Shown: piece after piece, positions 47,786 through 57,312 of the stretch
How positions within the stretch are numbered: the first letter of the stretch is position 1
Layout of the letters: each line of letters opens with the position of its first letter
Assembly (NCBI GenBank): GCA_025456205.1
Contig: JALOLA010000001.1
Span: 65,459-129,458, forward strand
Direction: 5' to 3'
Source of the DNA: Acidobacteriota bacterium
Lineage (GTDB): Bacteria > Acidobacteriota > Aminicenantia > UBA2199
DNA: 64,000 nt
The notes under the pieces: model-generated
What the model saw: only the letters and a program-made list of their open reading frames with translations
Told to the model about the DNA's origin: nothing
Database searches by the model: none
Translations under genes and position numbers: made by a program

Positions 47786-48765
47786 ACGTTCATCAGGGCG
47801 CGCACCTGGGCCAGGGTCTCCCCGGCGCGGGCGGCGGCCCGGCGGTTGCCCGGTGCGAGGATGTCGGCCACGGCCATTTTTTCATAGCGCTGGCGCCGCT
47901 GGCGGAACGGCTCCAGGAAGGCGTTGACGTTGGCGATGAGGATCTTCTTGCAGTCGATGCAGCCGATGCCGGCCTTGCGGCACTCGGCATCGACCAGGGC
48001 GATCTCGTCGGCCCGGGAGTAAGCTTGGTGCAGGGCGAATACCGGGCAGTCGCCGGGGACGCCGGGATCGCTGCGCCGCTTGCGGCGGACATCGGTGACC
48101 ATGGGGCGGATCTTGGCGTCCACGGCGGCGGCGGCATCGCTGAGATAAATGGCGTTGCCGTAGCTCTTGCTCATCTTGCGCCCGTCGATGCCCGGCAGCT
48201 TGGGGATGGGGGTGAGGAAGGGCTGGGGCTCGGGGAAGCAGTCACCGTAGAGGCCGTTGAAGCGGCGCACGATCTCGCGGGCCAGCTCCAGGTGGAAGAC
48301 CTGGTCCTCGCCCACCGGCACGGTGTCGGCCTTCATGATGATGATGTCCACCGTCTGCAGCAGCGGGTAGCCGAGGAAGCCGAAGGTGTTGATGTCGCGG
48401 TCGCTCAGCTGCGCCTGCTGCTCCTTGAAGGTGGGCACCCGCTCCAGCCAGCCGAGCGGGGTCATCATGCCCAGCAGCAGAAAAAGCTCGGATATTTCCT
48501 TGACCGCCGACTGCAGGTAAACGACGCTTTTTTCGGGGTCGATCCCCACCGACAGCAGGTCGAGCAGCACCTGGCGGATGTTGCCCTGGATGTTCTTCAC
48601 GTCCTGGTACTCGGTGGTCAGGGCGTGCCAGTCGACGATGGAATAATGGCATTCGCCCATGTCCTGGAGCTTCACCCAGCTTTTCAGGGCCCCTTCCCAG
48701 TGGCCCAGGTGGGCCGACCCGGTGCCGGTCGGCCGGATGCCGCTCATGATCACCCTGGGGCTCAT
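47782..48765 (-). CDS. trpS: Tryptophan--tRNA ligase
   Basis: SGIRPTG..HLGH (HIGH-like) and KMSKS motifs. Confidence 0.93.
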   Translation of the reverse strand: MSPRVIMSGIRPTGTGSAHLGHWEGALKSWVKLQDMGECHYSIVDWHALTTEYQDVKNIQGNIRQVLLDLLSVGIDPEKSVVYLQSAVKEISELFLLLGMMTPLGWLERVPTFKEQQAQLSDRDINTFGFLGYPLLQTVDIIIMKADTVPVGEDQVFHLELAREIVRRFNGLYGDCFPEPQPFLTPIPKLPGIDGRKMSKSYGNAIYLSDAAAAVDAKIRPMVTDVRRKRRSDPGVPGDCPVFALHQAYSRADEIALVDAECRKAGIGCIDCKKILIANVNAFLEPFRQRRQRYEKMAVADILAPGNRRAAARAGETLAQVRALMNV

Positions 48766-49433
48766 CCGGCCACCCCGGCCTTCAGCAGGATGAAGATGAG
48801 CTTGGGAAACAGCTTGAACAGCCCGGTGAACAGCAGGTCGGCGATCTTGTCGAAGACCCGGGTATACATGATGAAGATCAGTATGAAGAAGCCGTAGGGC
48901 TTGATCTTTTCATAGGCCAGCAGCGCCTCGCCGCGCAGCAGTCCCTCCAGGATGCCGCTGCCGTCGAGGGGCGGCACTGGGATCAGGTTGAAGACGGCCA
49001 GGAAGATGTTGATCATCAGGAGATAGGTGGCGATCCGCAGCAGCAGCAGCAGCGAGGTGTTGGTCGTGGCCATGAGCGGCTGGAAGAAGGCCAGCAGCAG
49101 GACGATCACCGTCAGGCTGACCAGGATGTTCGAAACGGGGCCGGCGGCGGAAACGATCATGCCGTCGCGGCGGCGGTTGCGGAAGTTGTTGGGGTTGACC
49201 ATGACCGGCTTGGCCCAGCCGAAGACGGGCGCCCCCATGACCGCCAGCAGGATGGGGAAGATGATGGTGCCGAAGAGGTCGATATGGGCGATGGGATTGA
49301 GGGTCACCCGGCCCATGCGCCGGGCCGTGGGGTCGCCGCAGCGGTCGGCGCTCCAGGCATGGGCCGACTCATGCACCGATATGGCGAAAAGTACCACGGC
49401 GAACTGGACCACGATGCGGAATATATCGTTCAT
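48762..49433 (-). CDS. Site-2 protease family (peptidase M50) membrane protein
   Basis: HESAHA zinc motif in TM1. ATG 49433 chosen from the promoter geometry (track start is GTG 49451). Confidence 0.8.
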   Translation of the reverse strand: MNDIFRIVVQFAVVLFAISVHESAHAWSADRCGDPTARRMGRVTLNPIAHIDLFGTIIFPILLAVMGAPVFGWAKPVMVNPNNFRNRRRDGMIVSAAGPVSNILVSLTVIVLLLAFFQPLMATTNTSLLLLLRIATYLLMINIFLAVFNLIPVPPLDGSGILEGLLRGEALLAYEKIKPYGFFILIFIMYTRVFDKIADLLFTGLFKLFPKLIFILLKAGVAG

Positions 49434-49441
49434 TATACCGC

Positions 49442-49470
49442 AAAATAGCACAAAGACGGCCTTCGGTCAA
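49442..49470 (-). promoter_or_regulatory. Promoter of the M50-trpS-scpAB-hisC-lpd operon
   Basis: Minus strand reads TTGACC-17-TATTTT, then 8 nt, then ATG 49433. Confidence 0.5.
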
Positions 49471-49594
49471 TAAGAATCGGTCCTGAAGACGGACGAAATT
49501 GGGGCCGTGAATGGCCTGGATGAAGGTCCCGAGGTCCATCGCGGAGAGGCTGACGTTTGCGCATCCGCTTTTCGCCGGCAGGTCCGGGAGTGGA

Positions 49595-49624
49595 TTGACT
49601 TGCTTTTCGCGAAATGATTATGAT
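49595..49624 (+). promoter_or_regulatory. Promoter of the NCS2 permease gene
   Basis: TTGACT-18-TATGAT; the 18-nt leader carries GAGGTG. Confidence 0.45.
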
Positions 49625-49642
49625 GGGACTGTTGAGGTGAAA

Positions 49643-50935
49643 ATGGACCTGTTCAAGCTGCGGGAGAAGCGCACGACGCTCGGCCGCGAGGTTGCGGCGG
49701 GCGTGGTCACATTCATGGCCATGGCCTACATCGTTTTCGTCAATCCGAAGATACTGGGAGCGGCCATGGGCGAGGACCTGGTCCCGGCCCTGGCCGTAGC
49801 CACCTGCGTCGGCGCCGGCCTGCTGAGCATCCTCATGGGGCTGGCCAGCAACTATCCCTTCGCCCTGGCTCCGGGGATGGGGCTGAACGCGTTCCTGGCC
49901 TTCGGGGTGGTCATCGGCATGAAGGTGCCATGGCCGACGGCGATGGGCATCATTTTCATCGAGGGAGCGATCATCTCCGTCCTGGTGCTGACCAATATCC
50001 GCGGGGGGGTGATGAACGCCATTCCCCTCGACCTCAAGCGCGCCATCGGCGTGGGCATCGGTTTGCTGATCGCCCTGATCGGCCTGCAGAACGCCGGACT
50101 GGTCGTGGCCAGCCCGGCGACCATGGTCGCCTTCGGCCCACTGGGCCGCGAAAGCCTGGTGGCGATCTTCGGGCTGGTGCTGACGGCGTTCCTGATGGCC
50201 AGGAAGGTCAGGGGCGCTTTCCTGATCGGCATTCTCGTCTCCACCCTGGTCGCGGCCCTGGCCGGAATGGTCCATCTGCCCGCCCGCCTGGTGGCCGGGG
50301 TCGGGTTGGAGCATTTCCGGACCTTCTTTGCCCTGGATATCGCCGGCGCCCTGCGCTTCGGCCTTCTGGGGACCGTTTTCGCCTTCCTGATCACCGATTT
50401 CTTTGATACCATGGGGACCGTGGTGGCCGTAGGCGAACAGGCGGGCTTCCTGGACCGGGACGGCCGCATGCCGCGGCTGAAGCATGTCCTGCTGGTCGAT
50501 TCCCTGGCCGCCCTGGGCGGCGGCTTGTGCGGCTGCAGTTCGGTGACGACCTATGTCGAAAGCGCCGCCGGCGTCGGCGCAGGAGGGCGCAGCGGGCTGA
50601 CTTCGGTCGTGACCGGCATCCTGTTCCTGCTGGCGGTCTTCTTCACGCCGCTGGTGGCGGTCGTGCCTGCCTATGCCACGGCCCCGGCCCTGGTCCTGGT
50701 CGGTTACCTGCTCATCGCCGGCGTGCGCTCCATCCGCTGGGACGATGCCGCCTCCGCCCTGCCGGCCTTCCTGACCATCATCATGATCCCGTTCACCTTC
50801 AGCATCTCCAAGGGGATCGGCTGCGGCTTCATCTCCTACGTCCTGCTGAAGCTGCTGACCGGGAAGGTCCGCGAGGTGCACCCGCTGATGGCGCTGGTCG
50901 CCGCCCTGTTCGCCGTCGACTTCTATATTTCCTGA
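49643..50935 (+). CDS. NCS2-family purine (adenine/guanine/hypoxanthine) permease
   Basis: AzgA-like N-terminus TTLGREVAAGVVTFMAMAYIVFVNP. Start at ATG 49643 after GAGGTG. Confidence 0.9.
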   Translation: MDLFKLREKRTTLGREVAAGVVTFMAMAYIVFVNPKILGAAMGEDLVPALAVATCVGAGLLSILMGLASNYPFALAPGMGLNAFLAFGVVIGMKVPWPTAMGIIFIEGAIISVLVLTNIRGGVMNAIPLDLKRAIGVGIGLLIALIGLQNAGLVVASPATMVAFGPLGRESLVAIFGLVLTAFLMARKVRGAFLIGILVSTLVAALAGMVHLPARLVAGVGLEHFRTFFALDIAGALRFGLLGTVFAFLITDFFDTMGTVVAVGEQAGFLDRDGRMPRLKHVLLVDSLAALGGGLCGCSSVTTYVESAAGVGAGGRSGLTSVVTGILFLLAVFFTPLVAVVPAYATAPALVLVGYLLIAGVRSIRWDDAASALPAFLTIIMIPFTFSISKGIGCGFISYVLLKLLTGKVREVHPLMALVAALFAVDFYIS

Positions 50936-52404
50936 CCCGGGGACGCCTCCGGCGCGGCGCCGGCGGGGGGAGCGGAAAAGATATTGCCGTATTCCTCGGC
51001 GAAGCGGCTCTTGCCGCAGAGCATCATGGCGGTCAGCGGCCAGAGCCGCCGCACCCGCGCGGCCAGCGCGCCGGCCAGCGCCCGGATGTCCCACTGGGCG
51101 TGGGCGTCGTCGCGCAGCCTGACGAAATGGTACATCTCCCTCAGGTTCATCTTCATCAGCACCCGGCGGCGGTGGGCGTTGGTCAGCACGTAGTCGGCCG
51201 CCGCCCCATGCGCCGCGCGCAGGCGGCGGTAGGCCTCGTCGGTGGTGCGGATGATGGCGGCGAACTCGTCGTCCAGCCCGGCGTCGCGGATGCTGGCCGG
51301 CAGCGAGAAGCCCAGTTCCGGGGCGTAGTCCCCGGCCAGCAGGGTGGCCATGCGGTGGCGCTTGAGCTGGGCGAAGCAGGAGGCGCTGACAACGGCCTGG
51401 AAGGTGATGTCGGCCATCTCGAACTCGCGCGGCATGGCGCTGAAGAACTGGATCTTCCTGAAGAATTCCACCAGCAGCGTTTTCTTGCGCGCCGGGCTCA
51501 GCTTCCTGACCCGAACCAGGGCGCGCCCGAAGTCGAGGCTGCCGACCGTGGCAAGGCGCGCGGCCAGGATCATGTCGTCACCGTTCTCGGTCGCGGCGAC
51601 GATCTCAAGGTCTTGACCGGGCCGGGGCCGGGCCGCGGCGAAATGCCCGTCGATGGCGGCGAAGGCCTCGCGGTCGAAGTCGGTAGGCTCGGGGAAGAGA
51701 ATGAGCGACGGGGCGATGGGCATGACCAATGCGTGCAGCTTGCCGGCCAGGCGCCGCACTTCCTCGCGCGGGCTCAGGCGCCAGCTGCGGAACATGTGCT
51801 CCAGGCTGCGGGCGTTCACGGTGACGCCTGCCTGGCCGCTGGTGGCCAGCGGCAGGATATAGCGGGCGTCCTCCTTGGCCCAGCCCTCCACGAGCCTCTG
51901 GCCGGCGGCGCTGCGGGCGATCTCCCGGTGCCGGTGCTGCAGCCGGCGCTGCAACCGTTCGAAGGCCCGGAAATAAAAACGGTTCTGCCGGGCGACGATC
52001 GCCTGGAAGGTTTTCCTGGATTCCGGCGCCCGCAGCTCGCGGGGCAGGACCAGGTCCCCCTCCAAGGTGACGTAGCGCTGCGACTTCTCCGTGTAGGAGG
52101 CCAGGCGGAAGCGCTCGATTTCCTCGAGGGCGAGGCGGGAGACGCCCATGATGTCGAAATTAAAGACCGCGTGCTCGGCCACCGAATGGTGGCCCATCTC
52201 GAATATGATCTTCTGGTTCGATCTACGCGCCTTCTCGACGTCCTGGCACGCTTTTTTCCTCAGCTGGTCGACCGCCAGCGGGCTGCGGCTGATGCGGGCA
52301 TAGGCGGCGCTGAGCGTTTCCGGGGTGAGATGCCGGCCGCGGCCGGGGTCCAGGCGCCGCAGGATGTCCGCGTCGATGTTGAAGCCGGCCAGTTTGACCC
52401 GCAA
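50923..52404 (-). CDS. thyX: Flavin-dependent thymidylate synthase ThyX, double-length (two Thy1-like modules)
   Basis: Module 1: HHSVAEHAVFNF...ERFRLASYTEKSQRY. Module 2: LKRHRMAT...NLREMYHFVRLR..AHAQWDIR. Total 493 aa. Confidence 0.85.
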   Translation of the reverse strand: MRVKLAGFNIDADILRRLDPGRGRHLTPETLSAAYARISRSPLAVDQLRKKACQDVEKARRSNQKIIFEMGHHSVAEHAVFNFDIMGVSRLALEEIERFRLASYTEKSQRYVTLEGDLVLPRELRAPESRKTFQAIVARQNRFYFRAFERLQRRLQHRHREIARSAAGQRLVEGWAKEDARYILPLATSGQAGVTVNARSLEHMFRSWRLSPREEVRRLAGKLHALVMPIAPSLILFPEPTDFDREAFAAIDGHFAAARPRPGQDLEIVAATENGDDMILAARLATVGSLDFGRALVRVRKLSPARKKTLLVEFFRKIQFFSAMPREFEMADITFQAVVSASCFAQLKRHRMATLLAGDYAPELGFSLPASIRDAGLDDEFAAIIRTTDEAYRRLRAAHGAAADYVLTNAHRRRVLMKMNLREMYHFVRLRDDAHAQWDIRALAGALAARVRRLWPLTAMMLCGKSRFAEEYGNIFSAPPAGAAPEASPGQEI

Positions 52405-52429
52405 GTAGCCCTCCTGGGATGATGGTCGT

Positions 52430-53014
52430 TCAGATCAGTTTCATGTCGGCCAGGCGCACCATGACCTCCTGGGCGCTCTCGTCGATGGTCTGGTGGTTCC
52501 AGACGTCGTAGGCCGGCAGGCGGTCCTGCTGGATCACGCGGTCGTAGCGCTCGTCGGCCTGCTGCGATCGTTCCGGGTCACATTCGCGCAGCCCGGCCTT
52601 GAGCTCCCTTTTCAGCAGCACCTTGGCGTCGGCCCGCACGCGGAAGATCGCGGCGTAGGTCGGCGCCCAGAAGCGGTACAACCCCTCCATCAGGGCATTG
52701 CGCGCGGCGGCCTGGCCGTTGCCGTTCGTTGCGGCGAGGCAGCCGAGCCATTCCTGCCAGTGGTCCAGGAGCGAGCCGTCGCAGAGAAGAAAGTCGGGAC
52801 GGCCCTCGACGCGGATGTTCTCTTCGTTGATCTGGCTGGTGACGAAATAGAACTGGCTGACGAAATCCGTCTTGTGGTCGAAATCGAACGGGCCGTTCGG
52901 CCTCAGGTCCGGGACGTCCTCGACGCGATATTTCAGCGAAAGCAATTTCTTCACTTCGGCCAGGATCGAGGTCTTGCCGCTGCCGGGGATCCCCGAAAAA
53001 GCGATCTTGTGCAT
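52430..53014 (-). CDS. P-loop NTPase/kinase-like protein, function unknown
   Basis: Walker A GIPGSGKTS at the N-terminus. 194 aa from ATG 53014. Lies 25 nt upstream of thyX. Confidence 0.7.
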   Translation of the reverse strand: MHKIAFSGIPGSGKTSILAEVKKLLSLKYRVEDVPDLRPNGPFDFDHKTDFVSQFYFVTSQINEENIRVEGRPDFLLCDGSLLDHWQEWLGCLAATNGNGQAAARNALMEGLYRFWAPTYAAIFRVRADAKVLLKRELKAGLRECDPERSQQADERYDRVIQQDRLPAYDVWNHQTIDESAQEVMVRLADMKLI

Positions 53015-53020
53015 GGTGGG

Positions 53021-53049
53021 ATTGTAGGCGACATCCGCTGCAAAGTCAA
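53021..53049 (-). promoter_or_regulatory. Promoter of the P-loop NTPase-thyX operon (leaderless geometry)
   Basis: Minus strand reads TTGACT-17-TACAAT, then 6 nt, then ATG 53014. Confidence 0.65.
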
Positions 53050-53050
53050 A

Positions 53051-53079
53051 TTTACTTTTGCCGCGGAATTTGCTATGAT
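53051..53079 (+). promoter_or_regulatory. Promoter of the uORF/PolX-N/maf/AKR operon
   Basis: TTTACT-17-TATGAT, then 6 nt, then ATG 53086. Its -35 is back-to-back with the divergent promoter's -35. Confidence 0.6.
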
Positions 53080-53085
53080 GAAGCG

Positions 53086-53133
53086 ATGAAATTTTTCCCG
53101 CACAGGCTCGTTCGTAGCGGACCGCGGCCATGA
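53086..53133 (+). CDS. Possible leaderless 15-codon upstream ORF (MKFFPHRLVRSGPRP)
   Basis: ATG lies 6 nt after the -10. Its TGA overlaps the downstream ATG as ATGA. No other support. Confidence 0.3.
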   Translation: MKFFPHRLVRSGPRP

Positions 53134-53566
53134 CCAACCAGGAGATCGCCCGCGTTTTTGACAAGGTGGCCTTTTTTCTCTCCCTGAAGAACGAGAACGA
53201 GTTCAAGATCGGCGCCTATGGCAAAGTCGCAAAAAGCATCCGTGAATACCCGATCTCCATCGAGGACATGCTGCTGGCCGGCGAGGACCTGACCCGCATC
53301 GAAGGCATCGGCAAGATCCTGGCGCAGAAGGTCGAGGACCTGGTGATCATCGGCTCGCTCAAGATCCTGGAGGAGCTGCAGGCCGAGTTCCCCGACAGCC
53401 TGTTCGAGATGGCGCAGATCAAGGGCATCGGGCCCAAGACCATCCTCAGGATCTTCGACGCGCACAAGATCAAGTCGTTGTCCGAGCTGAGGCTGTTCCT
53501 GCAAAGCGGTGAAAAGCTGGCCATCCCGGCACCCTACGAAAGCCGCATCAAAGAGTTCTTCAAAAG

Positions 53567-53570
<4 letters not shown>
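53130..53570 (+). CDS. Stand-alone DNA polymerase X N-terminal (8-kDa plus HhH fingers)-like protein
   Basis: N.EIA..F..VA..L.L..EN.FK..AY.K.A, IEGIGK and IKGIGPK hairpins. Ends after about 146 aa with no palm, thumb or PHP domain. Confidence 0.7.
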
Positions 53571-54131
<561 letters not shown>

Positions 54132-54139
<8 letters not shown>

Positions 54140-55193
54140 ACGAGCGGATGAACCGGGCGACCGCACCGTCCGCCCTGTCGCTGGGGGGCCGCGGGTCCTG
54201 AGGATGGGCATGGGCGGCATCCCCATCCAGCGCCTGGGGACGGCGGAGTCCGACCGCGTTTTGGAAAAGGCCGTGGACGCCGGCATCGGGTTCTTCGACA
54301 CGGCCCGCGGCTACACCGACAGCGAAAGCAAGTTCGGCCGCGTCCTGCCGCGACATCGCGACCGCGTGCTCATCGCCAGCAAGTCGTTCAGCCGCGGCGC
54401 AGCCGAGATCGGGCGCGATATCGAGACCAGCCTGCGGCTGCTGCGCACCGACCACATCGATATCTACCAGTGCCACAATGTGGCCGGCGAAGCCGACCTG
54501 GAAAAGATCCTCGCCCCCGACGGGGCGCTGGCCGGCATGGTCAAGGCGCAGGAGCAGGGCAAGATCGGCCACATCGGCATCACGGGTCACAAGCCGCGCA
54601 TCGTGGCCATGGCGCTGGAGCGCTTTCGCTTCGCGACCATCCAGGTCCCGGCCAATTTCATGGAGACCGAGGCCATGAACGACCTCATCCCGGCCGCGCG
54701 CCGGCGGGGCACCGGCGTTATCGCCATGAAGCCGGTCGGCGGCGGCAACATCCGCGAGACTGCGCTGAATTTCCGCTTCATCTTCAATCGCGGCATCGAC
54801 GTGGCCATCCCCGGGATGGACTCGGAGGAGCAGGTAACGGAGAACGTGGCGGCCCTGCGCGACCTGGAGCCCCTGGACGAGCGGGAGAACGCGCGGCTGC
54901 AGGCGGAGAAGGACCGGCTGGGCGCCCGCTTCTGCCGCCGCTGCGAATACTGCATGCCCTGCCCGCAGGGGCTGCCGATCTCGTTCCTGCACGTATTGCG
55001 CAATTATTATTTCCTATATGACCTGAAGGACTGGGCGCTGGAGCGCCTCGCCGGTTTGTCCAGGACCTACAAGGATTGCGTCGCCTGCGGCGAGTGCGTG
55101 GCGAAATGCCCCTACCACCTCGACATGCCCAGGATCTTCAGCGAGACCTGGGAAAAAATGAAGGCGGACGAGGGCGCGGGACCGGGGAAATAG
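54132..55193 (+). CDS. Aldo/keto reductase with C-terminal Fe-S (Cys-rich) extension
   Basis: AKR core (FFDTARGYTDSE) plus CRRCEYCMPCP and CVACGECVAKCP clusters. Confidence 0.88.
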
Positions 55194-55248
55194 ATTTTCG
55201 TTGCCCGGGATCCCCGGCCGGCATGCACCCGCTTGTTCCGCCGCCGGC

Positions 55249-55277
55249 TTTACTCGCCCGGCGGCTTGTACTATAAT
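55249..55277 (+). promoter_or_regulatory. Promoter of the hypothetical gene (leaderless geometry)
   Basis: TTTACT-17-TATAAT, then 6 nt, then ATG 55284. Confidence 0.55.
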
Positions 55278-55283
55278 CCCGCC

Positions 55284-55628
55284 ATGAACGCCCGACAGCT
55301 GATCGAGGAAGAAAAACTGCAGAACATCCTGAACCCGCGCAAGTCCAACCGCGAATTCAAGGTCACGATCCGCTTCCAGAAAGCGCTCACGAAAAACTTC
55401 GAAAAAGCCCTGGAGCTGGCACGCAGGAACCCGTATTTCATGGAGGAGGGGGAGGGCGACCATTACCGCGCTTACGCCAGTTTCCATCCCGCCGAGGTCG
55501 AGGACCTTTTCAATCTCTTCGAGCTGGTCAAGGACCGGGAAACCACGAAGATCTTCCTGAACAACAAGGCCATACCCTATGTCCAGGACCTGTGGCTATT
55601 TCTCCTCTGGTTCTACCGCGTCAAATAA
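55284..55628 (+). CDS. Hypothetical protein (114 aa)
   Basis: Track ORF 55233..55628. Host-like codon usage and no recognisable motif. Start set by the promoter geometry. Confidence 0.55.
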   Translation: MNARQLIEEEKLQNILNPRKSNREFKVTIRFQKALTKNFEKALELARRNPYFMEEGEGDHYRAYASFHPAEVEDLFNLFELVKDRETTKIFLNNKAIPYVQDLWLFLLWFYRVK

Positions 55629-55653
55629 AAACGGCAAAAAATAGGGTGACAAC

Positions 55654-55682
55654 TTGACTTTTTCTCAATATTAAATTATAAA
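55654..55682 (+). promoter_or_regulatory. Promoter of the TPR lipoprotein gene
   Basis: TTGACT-17-TATAAA; the leader carries AGGAGG. Confidence 0.55.
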
Positions 55683-55706
55683 GTTATCTTGCTTTAGGAG
55701 GTCTTC

Positions 55707-56702
55707 ATGAAAAAATTTTGCTCGGTCCTGCTCATCCTTTTCGTGTCCACCTTGATCATTGCCAGCTTCACCGCCTGCGACAAGCTGAAGATAACCAATT
55801 TGAAAGCCAACAAGCATTTTAAATCGGGAAACAAGTTCTACAGCGAGGAAAAATTCAAGAAGGCGATCGCCGAATATGAAGCCGCGCTGCAGCTGAACCC
55901 CAACCTGAAGGCCGCGTTCTATTATCTCGGCTCCAGCTACATCATGGCTTACAAGCCCGGCGACGACTCCGAGAAGAACAAGGAGTACGGCGTCAAGGCC
56001 ACGGAGAACCTGCAGAAGGCCCTGGAGCTGGACCCGGAAAACAAGGACATCATCCAGGCCCTCGGCGATATCAACGACAAGATGCGCAATTTCGAGCTGG
56101 CCGAGAAATACTACCTGCAGGTCCAGAAATTCACCCCGAACGACCCGGCTTCCTACTACAACCTCGCCGGTTTCTACAACAACAACGCCAAGTACGACAA
56201 GGCCATCGAGATGTACGAGCAGCGCATCGCCCTCGACCCCGCCGACCCGGAAGGCTACCTGTACCTGGCCGACTTCTTCCAGAACAAGCGCAAGTGGGAC
56301 GACGCCATCAAGAATCACGAGCTGCGCATCGAGAAGATCGCGGCCTCCGACATGGAAGAGAAGGAAAAGAACGAGCTCCTGGCCGAGGCCTATTACCGGC
56401 TGGGCGTCGTCTGCTGGAACAAGAGCTACCAGACCCCCCCCGACGTCATGGGCTCGGTCGAGCGCATCCAGGTCGTCGACAAGGGTTTCGAGAACCTCAA
56501 TAAAGCCACCGAGCTGTCCCCCAACTTCCCCGACCCCTGGGCCTACATGGGCTTGCTGTACAAGCAGAAGCAAGTGGCCGAGCCCCTGAAGGTGGCCGAG
56601 TACGAGAAGCAGTACAAAGCCATGATCGACAAGTTCCAGGAGCTCCGCAAGCGCAAGCTGGCGACCGAGCAGTTCATCAAGGACCTGGCCAAGGAAAAAT
56701 AA
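55707..56702 (+). CDS. TPR-repeat lipoprotein
   Basis: Signal peptide with Cys (IASFTAC). Multiple TPR units (A...Y..AL.L.P....A...LG). Confidence 0.85.
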   Translation: MKKFCSVLLILFVSTLIIASFTACDKLKITNLKANKHFKSGNKFYSEEKFKKAIAEYEAALQLNPNLKAAFYYLGSSYIMAYKPGDDSEKNKEYGVKATENLQKALELDPENKDIIQALGDINDKMRNFELAEKYYLQVQKFTPNDPASYYNLAGFYNNNAKYDKAIEMYEQRIALDPADPEGYLYLADFFQNKRKWDDAIKNHELRIEKIAASDMEEKEKNELLAEAYYRLGVVCWNKSYQTPPDVMGSVERIQVVDKGFENLNKATELSPNFPDPWAYMGLLYKQKQVAEPLKVAEYEKQYKAMIDKFQELRKRKLATEQFIKDLAKEK

Positions 56703-56725
56703 CCGCCGCCCCGCAGAATATCCGA

Positions 56726-56762
56726 CCCCTTGTTCCCTCCGGGGAGCAAGGGGTTTTTTTTT
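56726..56762 (+). terminator. Rho-independent terminator
   Basis: 12-bp stem CCCCTTGTTCCC/GGGAGCAAGGGG (one G-U pair), 4-nt loop, then T9. Confidence 0.8.
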
Positions 56763-56779
56763 GGCTGCGCAGCCTTGAT

Positions 56780-56808
56780 TTGACAGATTGAACTGTAAAG
56801 GTTATATT
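56780..56808 (+). promoter_or_regulatory. rrf2 promoter (leaderless geometry)
   Basis: TTGACA-17-TATATT, then 7 nt, then ATG 56816. Confidence 0.65.
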
Positions 56809-56815
56809 TAAGGTC

Positions 56816-57223
56816 ATGAAGATCAACACCAAGATCCGCTATGGGCTGCGTATGCTGATCGCCATCGCCCAGGATGGGCAGCTGGTGAACACGACCGAGC
56901 TGGGCAAGAGAATGCACGTCTCCCCCAAGTACTTGCGCAAGCTGGCCGGGCCGCTGGAGAAGGCCGGCCTGATCAAGAGCGTCCAGGGGATCTATGGCGG
57001 CTATCTGCTCGCGCGCCGGGCGGAGGAGATCACGCTCCATTCGCTGATGGACGCATTCAACGAGCGCGTCTCGCTCACCGACTGCCTGATAGGAAAAAAA
57101 TGCGAGCTGAAGGACACCTGCCTGGCCAGCCAGGTTTGGGAGATGCTCGAAAAAACGCTGGAAAAGCAGTTTTTGCCGATTTCGCTGCATGATATCCTGC
57201 AAAACAGGGTAAAAATGCCGTAA
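56816..57223 (+). CDS. Rrf2-family transcriptional regulator (Cys-containing, IscR/NsrR-like)
   Basis: N-terminal wHTH MKINTKIRYGLRML...LG..M.VSPKYLRKL. Cys residues in LTDCLIGKKCELKDTC. Confidence 0.9.
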   Translation: MKINTKIRYGLRMLIAIAQDGQLVNTTELGKRMHVSPKYLRKLAGPLEKAGLIKSVQGIYGGYLLARRAEEITLHSLMDAFNERVSLTDCLIGKKCELKDTCLASQVWEMLEKTLEKQFLPISLHDILQNRVKMP

Positions 57224-57269
57224 TCCCACCCAAGATCAAGGCTGGAGGCGGTTTCCAGAATGGCTCCGG

Positions 57270-57298
57270 TTGACAATCCGCCTGAAATATAGTATATT
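57270..57298 (+). promoter_or_regulatory. Promoter of the secreted hypothetical gene
   Basis: TTGACA-17-TATATT, 14 nt before the ATG, no SD. Confidence 0.6.
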
Positions 57299-57312
57299 CC
57301 GCTAATAGAACG

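Noticed and set aside
49452-49594. A possible purine riboswitch upstream of the NCS2 purine permease.
   Set aside because: I could not find the conserved purine-aptamer core. The best promoter (49595-49624) leaves only an 18-nt leader, too short for a riboswitch.
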